From Thermodesulfobacteriota bacterium (lineage in GTDB: Bacteria > Desulfobacterota_D > UBA1144 > Nemesobacterales > JAJCZQ01), in contig CBDBDR010000015.1 in the NCBI GenBank assembly GCA_965203965.1, forward strand, positions 51,032 through 115,031: 64,000 bases of DNA, in the 5' to 3' direction. The notes beneath the pieces were generated by a model, which made no database searches, was not told the DNA's origin, and worked only from the letters and a program-made list of their open reading frames with translations. Position 1 is the first letter of the stretch; each line of letters opens with the position of its first letter. Of this stretch, positions 49,216 through 62,124 are shown piece after piece. The position numbers and the translations under genes were made by a program.

Positions 49216-52200
49216 ATGTTCCCTTCAGCTCGTGCACTGTTCCCATCAGCAGAGTCTAGTACCCAGTCAAACAGCACAACAGGTGATCATAGTGCACACG
49301 ACTTTAAGTTTGATTGATTCCACCTTTTCACTACAGCCAAGCCGGACTGGCTCACTAACACAAGTTATCAACATCCACCAACCCCATCCCCATCTATCAG
49401 TGAATCACGTGGAGACGATAAACTAGATCTACAGCGTAAACGGCAATCACATGATCGTGAGGTATTGTCATCAGGCAGTGATGACGATGAGAGGTCACAC
49501 AGACATCACAAGAAGAGGAAGGAAAAGCACAGGCACCACAAACACCATAAGGAAAAAATCCACAAGAAGGAAGATCATCGTCCTACCAAACCTGCTACAA
49601 TATGGATCGATGAGGCCGGCGGTCTTGCCCCGAGCGATGCTTACAGAATAGACCACAAGTCAGACGTTAGTAATTTGGGATATGACTCGCTTTACAGCGG
49701 TGACACTGCTAATTATCGACGATGGTTTGGTGACGTTTGTGTTGGATTGAGACAAGGTGACACCTTCAAGTTTACAGACTCTCGTAACCGAATATTCAAA
49801 AAGAGAAAGGTTGAGGTAAACATAAGGTACCATCGTCAAGTAGTGGCTCAAAATAGTCAAGATGCTTTGCTTCATTTTACCACAGACAAGAGCAAAAGAG
49901 GCACAGACAAATATTTGACAGCTGACGTGCTTCCTCTTACTACAGAAGAAAAGGAAGAAAAAGCATCACCATCAGTTGAGATCTCTCCTGAATCTTACAT
50001 CAGTAAGCACACCAGCCATTATCAGCAGCAACTAGCTGATAATCCTCATGACACTGACTTGTGGCTCAAGTTCATTGCATTTCAGGATGAAGCTTTGGTG
50101 TGGGGAAAGCCTCCTGGGTTATTTAGTGGAGATGAATCTGGTAGTTCTAGTAATGTAAGGCATAAGCATCGCTTGGCAGTGCTTGAACGCAAGGTAGCCA
50201 TTTTTGAACGAGCTTTGGAGAGTAATCCATTGTCTGTAGAGCTGCTGGTTGGTCACATGACGTTGGCTGGGGAGATCTGGGAAACTGAGAGACTAGTCAA
50301 GAGGTGGAAGGATATTGTGTTCAAACAACCAAACAAGTCGTTATTATGGTTACGATACATTGAGTTCTGTCAATCTCGTTTCTCATTCTTTCGTTTGTCT
50401 ACTCTTCGGACCCTCTATTGCAAGGCTATTTCTACTCTAGTGGCTATAATAGATCGCTCTCTTGTATCCCATCGTCCTGAACCAGATGCCGAGAAGCACT
50501 TGCTCGCAATATTTCTTCTCTACTGCTACTTCCTGCGTCAAAGTGGTCACGCAGAAAGAAGTGTGGCCTGTCTTCAAGCATTGGTAGAGTTTACCATGTG
50601 TTGTCCTGTTGAACTACTTGACAACTCTTGCAAGGAGAGGAAAACATATTTTGAGGCATATTGGGACAGTGGATCGTGTCATGTAGGTGAAGAGGGAGCT
50701 GCTGGATGGAGAGCATGGTGGGAAGGACGGAAACAAGGATTTTCAGCAACTCCACTTGGACAGCATCAGTGTCCTGGAGCTGAAATTGATGTTGAAGTTG
50801 TAAAACAAGAAAAGGAAGATGAAGAAGAAGAGGAAGAGGAAGAAGAAAAGGAAGATAAAGAAGAAAAGGAAGATGAGGAGCTTCAATTGGTTCGTGTTCC
50901 TACTCTCTCTGAAGCTTGGATCAGACTGGAGTCTCACAGGGATGTAGTACACTGTTTCCCAGCAAAAGATGAAGATGAGGATGATGCAGGGCTCGATCCT
51001 GAACGAGTGGTGCTCTTTGATGACATTGCATCATGCCTGTTCATTTTGCGAGACACAAAACTGCAACATACGCTACTAGTCGAGTTTCTTAGGTTCCTTG
51101 GTGCTCCTGTTCTCTCTCCTTCTTTCCTCTTATCTGTCTTTCCTCATCTAAGCAATATCATCATCTCACCTCAGGAAATTCTTCATCCTTCATTGTCTCT
51201 CACTGCAGTTTCTTACCCTCTTCTTCGGCATCATCAGCCTTTAAGTCTTGGAGACGAGGACAAAGCATTTCAAACTACGGTACATGGACTACTCTGCAGT
51301 TACTCTCCTAGCGCTCCTTCTCTCTCTTCATCTGTGTCATCCTCTCCACAGGTTAGGCAATTCACATCAAATTTATTCAATCAGTCTCTATCACTATATC
51401 CTCTCGGTGATGCAAGGTCTCCTCTGTCTTCACTTGCTGAATCCTGGCTGCTCTACGAGTTTAATATTTTGCAACAAGTCAAGGATGGTCAGAGTAGCAT
51501 CAGGGCACAGAAGCTTCATTCTCTCTCGATCTCTCTTCTGTCCGAAGGATGGCTGACTGATCACAAGTTTGTCTGGTGGTTCATCGCTCAGTTGGAACAA
51601 GAACTAGATTTGAAGCGAAAACCATCCAAGTTGAGCAAGCAATATCTACAGCAATACACATCCACTCCTCTATCGCAAGATGCCAAGCAAGCTCTCTCTC
51701 TTCACTGTCAATTCTTTGTTGAGTGTGTGCTAGGTCTACGACCAGCCATGGCATGTTATCGCCGTCACAAGGATAATCGTGAACTCGCTATGTATGCTCT
51801 AGTGTTACTGTCTGAAGATGGATTCAACCCAACCATGCTACCTGTCTCTGTTCCCACTGTGTCACCTGCTAGACTACTCAGATCTGGTAGTGCTTTGAGA
51901 CAAAATGCTCTTCACAGCGTAAAATCATTGTGTGACAGTGCCGACTTTTCTCATTCTCTTTCACTTGTTGCTTGCCATGGGTACTACCAGTATGTCTTGA
52001 ATGACCTGGAGACTAGCTGTGTAGCTCTACGTGAAGTTGAACAAAGTTTAGAAGAGCAGCTTTATGGTGAAGAGCGCCCTCCACATTGTGCATCCATACT
52101 AGAGCCAATCTACATTCTTCACACTCAGCTCATTCTGCATCACTCTCAACATTATCCTATTAAACCACACTTTCTTCGTGAAATTCTGCAAAGGGCACTC

Positions 52201-52854
52201 AAATTCTTTCCTGATCATTGCTGGCTATTGCAGGCTTACATAGAGTCTGAGCAACACTCGTTCATTAGCGGAGATCTTCGGCGATTCTTTTCCTCTCATG
52301 CACCTCAGAGCGTTAATGCATCTTTGTGGTTCCTCACGGTGTTGTCAGAGGTTCAGAGATACCACAGACTGTCACAATTGGTTGCTGGAGGAGAACGAGT
52401 AGATGAGCCGGCAAGTGGTCTTTTGCACAGAGTTCGAGCAATACTAGTGCGTGCTTGTCAGGCAGATAATGGGCACTTATGCCCTGCTCTATGGAGATTG
52501 AATATGAAGTTTGAAGTAAGCAGTGTTGTTGTGTAGAGAAGACATTTTTTTATGTATACAATGCTTGATTTTTTGCAGGTTGAGAATGGTCATAAGAATG
52601 AAGCTAAGGCAGTGTTTTATCAAGCCATTAACCAGTGCCCCTGGGCAAAGGTAACCTTAGTGCACCGATGCGCATGCATTAATTTTTCAATTCAATGGCA
52701 GATGCTGTATTTTGATGCTGTGCTGTACTTTCCTGAGGAAATTGAGAAAGTGATTGAAATTGCTGAAGAGAAGGAGATACGATTAAGAGCTCCCTACCAA
52801 GAAGCAAAACTGCTTTGGTCTGCAGCAAATGACAACCCCACGTGTACACAATGA
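49216..52854 (+). CDS. NRDE2: Nuclear exosome regulator NRDE2 (alternative in-frame ATG at 49204)
   Basis: MFPSARALFPSA|..DWLTNTSY, NPHDTDLWLKFIAFQD, ERKVAIFERAL, FEAYWDSG..HVGEEGAAGW, DPERVVLFDDI, CPALWR, AINQCPWAK, EKEIRLRAP. Confidence 0.92.
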
Positions 52855-53080
52855 TAGTTATGCGTTAATAATGATCCGTAATGAGCGGGTGTTCCCATGA
52901 CCACGTGGAGTGCGCAGCTGCAACCGGCAGCATGTCGCTAGCTGCTGTGTAGCTCCAGTTTGCGCGCCATGCTTTCGTGTTGTCAGTTGGTGGCGCTAGG
53001 TTACTTGAGAGAACAAGCAGAGAAGAAAAGTGCCAGTTTTTGTCGCAGGCTCTGCAGAAGAAAGATAAAAATCAACTGAC

Positions 53081-54570
53081 ATGGCGACTGTGTGCTGTCT
53101 TCAACCAATTACTCAACCTCGGTACTGTCCAGGAATAAAACGACCACTGAGTGAGGCAGATGAGAGTGAAGGGGAGGAAGAGGCTGTCTGTAGACGGCGT
53201 TACACACCGGCTTGGTGCAAGTTAGCTCTGTATCAATGCATTCATTGCTGTTCTTTCTGTTACTAGTCGTTCTCGTGTCATCACTCGCAGTAAGGCCAAG
53301 ATACAACGAATAAACAGTGCTCCATTAATCGATAGTTTCCTAGAGTTGTTGGGTACGTGCTCATGACTCTTCACCCACATAATTAATGCAATTTTCATTA
53401 CAGAGGACGAGTCCATTCAAGACTTTTTATGGATAGACTCGTGTTATCAAATTTCTGATAGAGTAAGGATGCTGTCTAACTTTACTAATCTCTCATTGTT
53501 TTTCACCTCAGTACTTGATAGCCATGGCGTATGTGTACTTCAGACGGGCTCATCTTATGCTGGATGAATACACCCGGTACAACTTTTTCGTTGCACTGTG
53601 AGTTCGAGTGACGATTGGTTTAGACTAGTATCATGTCTGTGTCTAGTACTTGTGTGTGGTTGTCATACCTAAACAATTGAGCAGTGAAGTGTTGAATATT
53701 TGTTCACTCACACATGTCGATCTGTGAATGGATTATTAATGTGTGATGGAGTATCTGTCTCTCTTTAGATATCTTGCTAACGATATGGAGGAGGATAATG
53801 ATGATGAGAAGTATGAGATATTCCCGTGGGCTCTTGGGGAGGGTTGGATAACCAAGTATCCTACATTGCTAGCTAGTCGTGATCTGCTTTGGAGGAGAAT
53901 GGACTTTCGAGCTGTTGTTAGTCGGCGGACATGTGAGGAGGTATTACATTACATGATACAAGTACAAGCCTGTTAATTGTTGCACAGACACCAGTACTGT
54001 TGTAGTAGTAAAGTCTGTTACTCTAAACGCCAAACTAGGTTTAAAGAAGCCTCACGAAATTTGTTTTGCCTGTTCTTAAATTTTGTTTCATTCTCAGGTA
54101 ATAGGTTTGTCACCAGACCATGCTATATGGCAGCGTCACAGACAGAACCATCATGGTGGGGCACTGCGCAGCTACATGAAGCTACCTACCCCACGATATG
54201 GTCGCACATCTCCCTCATTCTGTCAACAATGTAGCCATGCTCGACAGCACAGCACTCTCTCCCTCCCACCGTGGGAACCTGTGCCAAAAGTAGCGATTGA
54301 CTTACTGGATGAAATTGATCAACGCTATAACCAATGCGCAACATCAAGCATGAGAGAGTCAGGTATGATTGCGAGACATATCATTACAACCATAGTGTCA
54401 TAACTATCCGGCTATGTCACAAATATTTGATTGTCATGAATGCCTTGCTGTAGATTTGTTGGATGAAATAGATCAGCGCTACAGCCAGCATGGACCAAAT
54501 GTGAAGCGATCAGGTCTGTTGCATATGTGTGCATGCATGCGTGTGAGTAGTGTTTATAGACCATGGATGA
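53081..54570 (+). CDS. SPDYA: Speedy/RINGO CDK activator, multi-exon (3' end uncertain)
   Basis: IQDFLWIDSCYQISDR|YLIAMAYVYFRRA, FFVAL|YLANDMEED, YEIFPWALG, FRAVVSRRTCEE|V, HHGGA. Confidence 0.9.
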
Positions 54571-57500
54571 TAGTCGTGTGTTGTGACGTCACTACTAACC
54601 ACACAAATGGAGGTGCTAGTAACTAGCACACTTTGTTCCCTTGCCACTGGAATGAATGTATTCTTGTGCCTCATTATGTGCTTCTTATTCAGATTCCTTC
54701 CATTCAATAATTATGATCTCACAGCACATCTGTTGTTATGTGCTAATTATGTTTTCACACGATTTTGGACGATATAATACGATGGTGCAATATTGCTGTT
54801 AGAAATTTGCCAAATCTCGCCATACATAGTATCAACAAGTTGGCAGTAAAGTATAATTGCGCTGAGTAATCGTCAGACCACAATTGATTCATAATCAAGT
54901 TTTTGTCCAATTAAACTATTGGATTGCTAGTGTCTATTGTGTTTACCAGTTCATGCAAGCTGTGATGCACGGTTGTGGTCTTACTAAAATTTGTACCAGT
55001 ACAAAGTTGTCTGTAAATAAAACAAATAGCACATAATGTGCATTATCAATAGTCAAAACACTACTCACTGTTCCTTTGTTCGGCACCAACACAAGGCTAG
55101 TTGTGTTATATTGTGTGTGGGTGTCCTGTTCATGATCATTGGTACCAATCCTGAGTATATGTTAGCTGGATCAGTGTATTAAGATATCAAAGAAAGGACA
55201 TACACTGTACTGTAGTATCAACAAGTGTAGGAGTGCATGTGTGGGTAGTCCCCTTGGCTGTACAACAAACACAATTGTTTGCCAGCGTGTCCTTCTGCGT
55301 GTGTGTATGTGCAGGGCTGCATCATGTTGTATGAAACCTCATGTGTGTGCATGACTCTTGGCTTCTGCCCTTGTAGACTTGCGTGATTCGCGGTTATCTG
55401 TCACAAATAGGACTCACAAACATCACTCCGAGACAAGAAAGGAGGAATGATAACTCATGTAGCTCCTCATCATGTTATGTTTATACCCTATGGACCTCTC
55501 GCTCACTCTCTTTCTTCAGCAGCCGCCTGACTGCCTTCAGTTAATGTATACTGCCAAGATTTTATCACTCATTCTGAATTCGAACGTTATCTCTCTTATA
55601 GTACTCACCACCATATTATCACAACACACTAGTACTATGTATCAGCTTTATCGCTCATTAATACAATCCAATGATACAAGTTTGCTCTGATCTTCAGAGT
55701 ACTTATATAAACTGTCATTTGTTATCAATGTTGCATTGTGTCAAACTCTTAAATGAGGTGTATTGTGTGGACTGTGGTCGACTAAGCAAAGATCCACAGA
55801 TACAAATCCACAACTGCAGCAGTGCAGGTGTAAACCATAGCATCAATCTGTTGTCATAGCCAAGTTCAGTTGTTACAATGCTTGTTCGTGTTCACATTCT
55901 TCTCAAAAGCTGGCTCAGAAACCCTGTGACGCGAGAGACAAAAAGACTGATTCATTTAACACGCTCTCACATCTCATTACTGATAACGCAATTGCTGCTA
56001 TATTCTTTCGTGTGAAATTTTAAGTTGATTTTGTTTTGTAATTCAATATTGGTTGATATTCATATCGTGGCTTCTCAATGCCTTGTAGGTTTGAATTGGT
56101 AGGAGTTCTGATATTAAGAACCTGAAATTACAGTATTATTGTATGAGACTGCTTGTCATGGTGATTGAGTGTTACATCAACGGAACCATAGAAACAGACG
56201 AGCATTGATATCAATATTTTGTAGTGCAAAGCATTCCTGCGTTGATTGAATTTTGGCTGTGTAAGAATAGAGTGTTGTTGTGCAAAGATTTTAAGAAATA
56301 CCTACCAAGTGCTTACTTGCCTGTGAATGATTCTGGGCACCGCTGTATAATTATTGTACTACAAACTATTTGTATAATCGGTGTGAATTGAGTATACAGT
56401 ATTTGAATGGAGTACGTGCTGTAGTATTAACCTGTGTGTGGTGAGAAGGTCTCACTGGATAAGGCATATGGTGGTTGTTTACTGGTGGTCTAGCTGGCAC
56501 CTCTGTCAAGCTCCACATCCCTTTACTTCCTTCTAGAGGCAAAAGCAGATGTTTACTAGAAGCTGGTCTCACTGCCCAAATCTTGTGATCAACTTCCACC
56601 ACCTGGTGTAAGTCCAATAGTAGATTCCTCAACCGTACATGGCTAACCAACTGTATGACTTGTGTAATGCAGTATAGAAGAGATACATGTTTGTTTAACA
56701 GCATAACTACATTGGTGGGATGATGAGAAAAGGAAATACCACCGAATAGTAATGATGATATTAAACCACTAAATGAGTGCAACTTGCATGACGGGGATTT
56801 CAAAGCACAGAGGTGCTGGGTACATGGAGATAATAATTCATTTGCAATCTGAGCTAGACACACCGCAACAATTCCCTGCATGGAGAATGGATAGGTGGTC
56901 TTCCTCAAAACACTGACAATTCTCACAGTACAGACAAACTGACTAACACCGTCTAGACGCCTTACCATATACCATAGTTAATTAAATCTGTCAGTTGTAA
57001 TAATGGGGACATTTTGCGGAGATGTACCTTGGACCATGTTTGAAACCTAATCATGCAACAGTCAGGTGAGCTGACATTAGTCATCTACCTCAGCAGTGTA
57101 TGACAGTATCTTACGTAACATTACTACCATGATGTCATGCCTGTACTTGAAGCATTGATCTGATGTCATACGCAACAAAAGGCAGTGTACACTTATCAAT
57201 GTCAAAATGGAATGCTGAATATGAATGATATTCTGCGTCAATGAGCGACTTGTGACAAATTGACACCAGAACTAGACAATAATCATTTAAAAATTTTGAG
57301 CATGCATTCTTAGTATTGTTCAGTAACACTAATCCGATTACATTTGTGGTTATCTTTGAATCCTTTGATTTTTGAGCTCACCAAACAACACAGCCTAACA
57401 CAATAGCAAGCTAAATACATCATTGAAACATGATCCTCAGTCGAGACTACTGGAGCCCTAGTTCATTATACTGTCAGGAACAACGGAATGTAGATTGAAC

Positions 57501-59611
57501 CACAAACAAACATAGGAAGTGTAACTCAATCAGCTCTGATACCACAATGTCACTGCTGATAAGAGAACTGGAAGTTGCTCCCCGTCAGGGGAAGATAAAC
57601 CAGTCCCTGCTATAGTGTGTTTACTATTGTGATCTACTTTGGCAAGTAAACAACCAGAGAATTAAGTGACTTAAGAAGATATTCAGCGGTTCTAACACAT
57701 AGTCTGGTTGCCGTACATCCAAGAATACCTGCATATGTAACAAAGATAGTGTTGAAGTACAGTAATTGGTTCTCAGCGTCAATTGATGCAGGTACCAGCA
57801 GGTCTCTAGATTCTTAAAGGAATGTCACTTACTCACTCATTTCATACCCAACTTGTGTGCTCAACCATTATTTTCAGGTGATTCTTTCATACCTCGAATG
57901 AATGCACCTTCCTCTATTACCAACTGTGTTTTGATTCAAATATAGGTGATCAAAGCATCTAGTACACAAGTAGCAATTTTCTGCTTGTTTAGTGACTGAT
58001 GCTTGAATTGTGTGATTTGAGCATGTTAAAACAACTGCATATTGACACTATAGGGGGTGTCTGTACAAACAATGGTAAAGTTTGTTTTCTATAAAAACCT
58101 GTTTCTAGAAAACTATCAATTTGTGAGTATTAGATTCCAGCAACTACCTAATCAACACCCACACAGCTGTTATTTCAAGAGCACAAAAATGGTAACAAAA
58201 TAATTATAGCAACACTTTAGAGGCTACATAAGGCATCATGATAATTATATGCTGTGTTGCTGTGCTCCGTGGAAATCCCCTTGACAATTTTCGGACCAGT
58301 ACGTGACTAGACTTCCTGTTTACAAATAACTGTTCATTTCCACTAACACATGAGTAGGAAAATGTAATCAACCGTCATCAAAGTAATGTTCGATACATAG
58401 ATACATACTTTCAGTCTGGACTCAACCAGATTAAAAGATTGAATCGACATAACACAAGTGTTTTTAATACTTAGTTAAATTCTGTTTACCTTTACTTCTT
58501 GGTATATAGACTAAACTATTAAGAACATGCTTGTAATAAACTTCTGGTTACTTTTTTAGCAAGTCAGTTATTTCAAATTACAGTTGTGATGATAAAAAAG
58601 AATTCTGATGATCCATTTTCACATTCTTCTACTTCCCATGTGACCTGATAGATTGTACTTTGAGGGAAAGCGTAAATTCAGTGTTTTGAACTGATATTCA
58701 CCACTTAGCTGCTATGCTAAAATATGATGGTTGTACTATACAGTGAGTGGATAAGCATCTGACAGCTTACATTGATACACGCTGCTTAGATCACCTGTTG
58801 CTACTATCATCACGAAATTGCCGTGCATGAGCATGTAGAGTTAATACTGGTCTCATTGATGTTGCATAATATTATTTGGCTTAAAAAAATAAGAAATTGT
58901 CTGTTTTAGTCTCTTACCACTACAACCAAAGGATGTCTGCTACATCAGTACATATGAATGCCGCCAAACAAGTTCATGTCTCAGTTTTTGTATGTACATT
59001 AAATTTTGATAGACAACCAATAGTTTATATTTCCCAGTCCCATAAACAAGCTAACTTAACTTTATTTCAACCCAGTTTCAACCAGTATTCTGTGCATGCA
59101 CACAGCACTCTATGATAATCATGTTCTACTACATACACACACACCTGAAATACATATGAGCTCCTGAACCACTGCCTGCCCCATGCAAGCACACATGCAC
59201 ATAAAGCTACCCAGACCAATAGTCAGCATGCCCATATGCACAATTACCCATTATGTCTTTCTCATGCTATAGGAAGGAGTATAGATCCCCATTTTTATAC
59301 ATACTCTTCAAATGTCAGTTTACATATCAGTAGTTTTTGTTCGAGTGACTGTGTAATTTAAATGTTCCTGGCTTGCAGCCAACAGACAAAGACAAATTTC
59401 CATGTCTCTTATATTTCCCATTCTCCAGAAGAAACAGGCTCTTCTTCCTCATGCATGTGGTCTACCGCTAAGACAGATTCTTCAAATTAAATGTCTGCAA
59501 ACATATATTATGTTTTAGCACAGAAATTCCAACTAGTTGATCTCCTGAGGACATTTTCAGGGGTGTTACACTCTTTGAGTCTCATAACTGGTACTACATG
59601 TAGTCCTGTGA

Positions 59612-59830
59612 TGACGTAGGCCGGATATGGAAGCCACCCAAACCACGTGTACTGGGTTTATAACTCTTCTGCGCATGCCTGCAAGCTATGGTTGATATCT
59701 GTTATCCATCTCCTTATACGGCGCTGTAAAAGGCTGGTACACTCAGTTGCCGTAGATCGAGTCTCTGGCGATTCTGGAATCAACACCTTCTTCCATACAA
59801 GGCAACTCTGCGGCTGACTTTACCGGATAT
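59612..59830 (+). promoter_or_regulatory. Putative SRF proximal promoter
   Basis: TGACGT 59612, CCGGAT 59621, CACGTG 59644, TGCGCATGC ~59670, near-CArG CCTTATACGG 59712 and CCATACAAGG 59793. Confidence 0.45.
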
Positions 59831-59836
59831 AAAGCG

Positions 59837-61306
59837 ATGCGCCGATCACGGAGCTCACAGTTCCCCGCTGCCACTGCTAACGTAGCGTCTACGCTCAGCC
59901 CCCCTAAACCCCCTCAAAGCAAGCGCTTTCGGTCTGCTGGTCGGACTGCTGGTCAAGCCTCAATCCCCTCTACTAGTACGAACACAGCAAATATGCTTGG
60001 AGACAATCGGTTTGGTAACTCCACCGAGACGGCACCCAACCCCTACCCCCTTCCCCCATTCAAAACGACAATGGCTACTCCCGCCACCACCAGTCAACAT
60101 ATGGACGACAACGATCGATCCAGCGTGAGCGACAACGACTCCGTGCACTCTCCGCATGAGAGAAACGAAGCTGCTGCTGATGCAAGTAAGCCAAAGCCTG
60201 CGCCCGGGAAAAAGACCCGCGGCCGAGTCAAGATCGAGATGCAGTACATACAAAACAAATTGCGCCGATACACCACCTTCAGCAAGAGAAAGTCTGGAAT
60301 CATGAAGAAGGTAAATATGAGAGAAGCAATGTGTAATATTTAACCTATGTGATTCTAAAGAAGAACTTGCTCACTTTATAATAATTATTATCTTTCTTAT
60401 TGTAGGCATACGAATTGAGCACTCTAACTGGCACCCAAGTGATGCTGCTAGTTGCCTCTGAAACCGGACACGTGTACACATTTGCAACACCCAAGCTGCA
60501 ACCAATGATTACCTCCGAGGCTGGAAAGGCACTGATACAGACATGTCTACACACCCCAGATCCCTCTGCCCCCGGTGGGGAATACGACATCCGCATGTCT
60601 GTCGGTGGATACGAAGAGACTGACCTTGGATATTCCATGAACGAGGAAGAAAGCTTTAAGGTGTGTTTTAACAACAAATACATTCACTTAGTGCCAAAAA
60701 GACAACATCCTCAACAACATCTTTCATTTCTTTACTGTTAGTTTCACTTCATCTAAATTATCTTTCCTCTTCCTTTCTCAGGCTGGACTAGAAAACGCAC
60801 ATCTCATTCAGTCCACTTCGATGGCTCCTCTTCTCAACTCACACAGTGTAGTCCTTCCTCAGGGAATGATGCCGATGTCCTTCGCGACCTCTGCTTCTCT
60901 TCCTGATCAATCCATGGGACTGATGTCCGCTCATCAACTCCCTGCCTACTCCATTCCTCCCACCACCTCGGTTGTGTCCCCACATAGCCACTCCTCCCCA
61001 CCCTCGTACTCACCAACACACTCTGCCTCACCACAGAGGACATTCCCGGGGAGTCCTGCCACAGTCCCGTACTCACAGTCCATGCCACCACCTCCAATGA
61101 TGATGGATGAACTAGCCTCTGGAAGTAGCCCCATGAGAAAGAGCCCCGAATCACACTACCTCCATCACGGATTCGATAACAGCCCAAGCAACAGTCCCAT
61201 GGGTGCTTCTCATTTCCCAGTACGGACTCACTCACCATCTCACTCTGGACTATACTCTGGTAGTCCCACGATGATGTCCAATCACTCGCCTGTGGCACAT
61301 TACTGA
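59837..61306 (+). CDS. SRF: Serum response factor (MADS box), 3 exons
   Basis: GKKTRGRVKIEMQYIQNKLRRYTTFSKRKSGIMKK|AYELSTLTGTQVMLLVASETGHVYTFATPKLQP...GKALIQTCL. Exons 59837-60310, 60406-60660 and 60782-61306. Confidence 0.97.
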
Positions 61307-62124
61307 GTAGCTATAGTAGTGACTATTTTCACCATTTGACTAACTGCTCCATTCGCCTCTCTTCTCTATCTCTTGCATGTACAATAACTGGTGTATGTGT
61401 TGTGTGTCTGTGTCTTGAGCTGGTCTCAAGTTTTTGAAGCAGGGCTTCAGGTAACCATCCCCACTGGACAATTTCCCTTCCTTACCCCTCTCGGCCGTCT
61501 CCACCAAAAACTCTCTCCCCCACTGCTGGTCAGTGGTGTCGTACTACCATTGGTAGCTGGTCTGCCACACCCATAGTTAATAATACTTTCCCATTACTCT
61601 GACACTTAAAACATTTTTACCAAAAAAAATTAACAAAATGAATGATCTTAAGTCAGTTCAGAATACAGAGCTACTAGTTGAGAGAATGCTTGCATGCTGT
61701 GAGAGTTAGCGCAAGTCAAAATACTCATGTAGAAACACCATGAAGATTTTCTTGAAATTCGTCACCATATTTTCATCTATGGCGTCACCATTGTCTGACA
61801 ATGTGTGCCACACACGAGGGAATGGGACTGGAATGAGATGGACAATCGGCACTCCTAGTGTGGGACAAGAGGGTGAAAATAATAGAGAACAGAAACAGAT
61901 AGTGATAGAGATAATGCAATAGACAGTGAAAACAGATGCCACAAAACCCAGACGATGACGTTGCTATTAGCATCGATGATTAGTGCCAGTTTCAAGCGTA
62001 GCCTTTGAACGAAGCCCAACACAGAGGCAAACACTAGTTGATCATGTTACTTGTAACAAGATAAAGTAGCAGTCAATATCTCATATATACATTCCTCGCT
62101 GACCACAAGATTGAGAACAACAAG

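Noticed and set aside
21339..52854. SNW1, EIF1AD and NRDE2 as an RNA-processing cluster, or NDUFV2 and COX7A2L as an OXPHOS cluster
   Set aside because: Separated by unrelated genes, as expected by chance in a dense housekeeping region.
56366..56968. 200-aa minus-strand ORF
   Set aside because: No recognisable domain or splice support.
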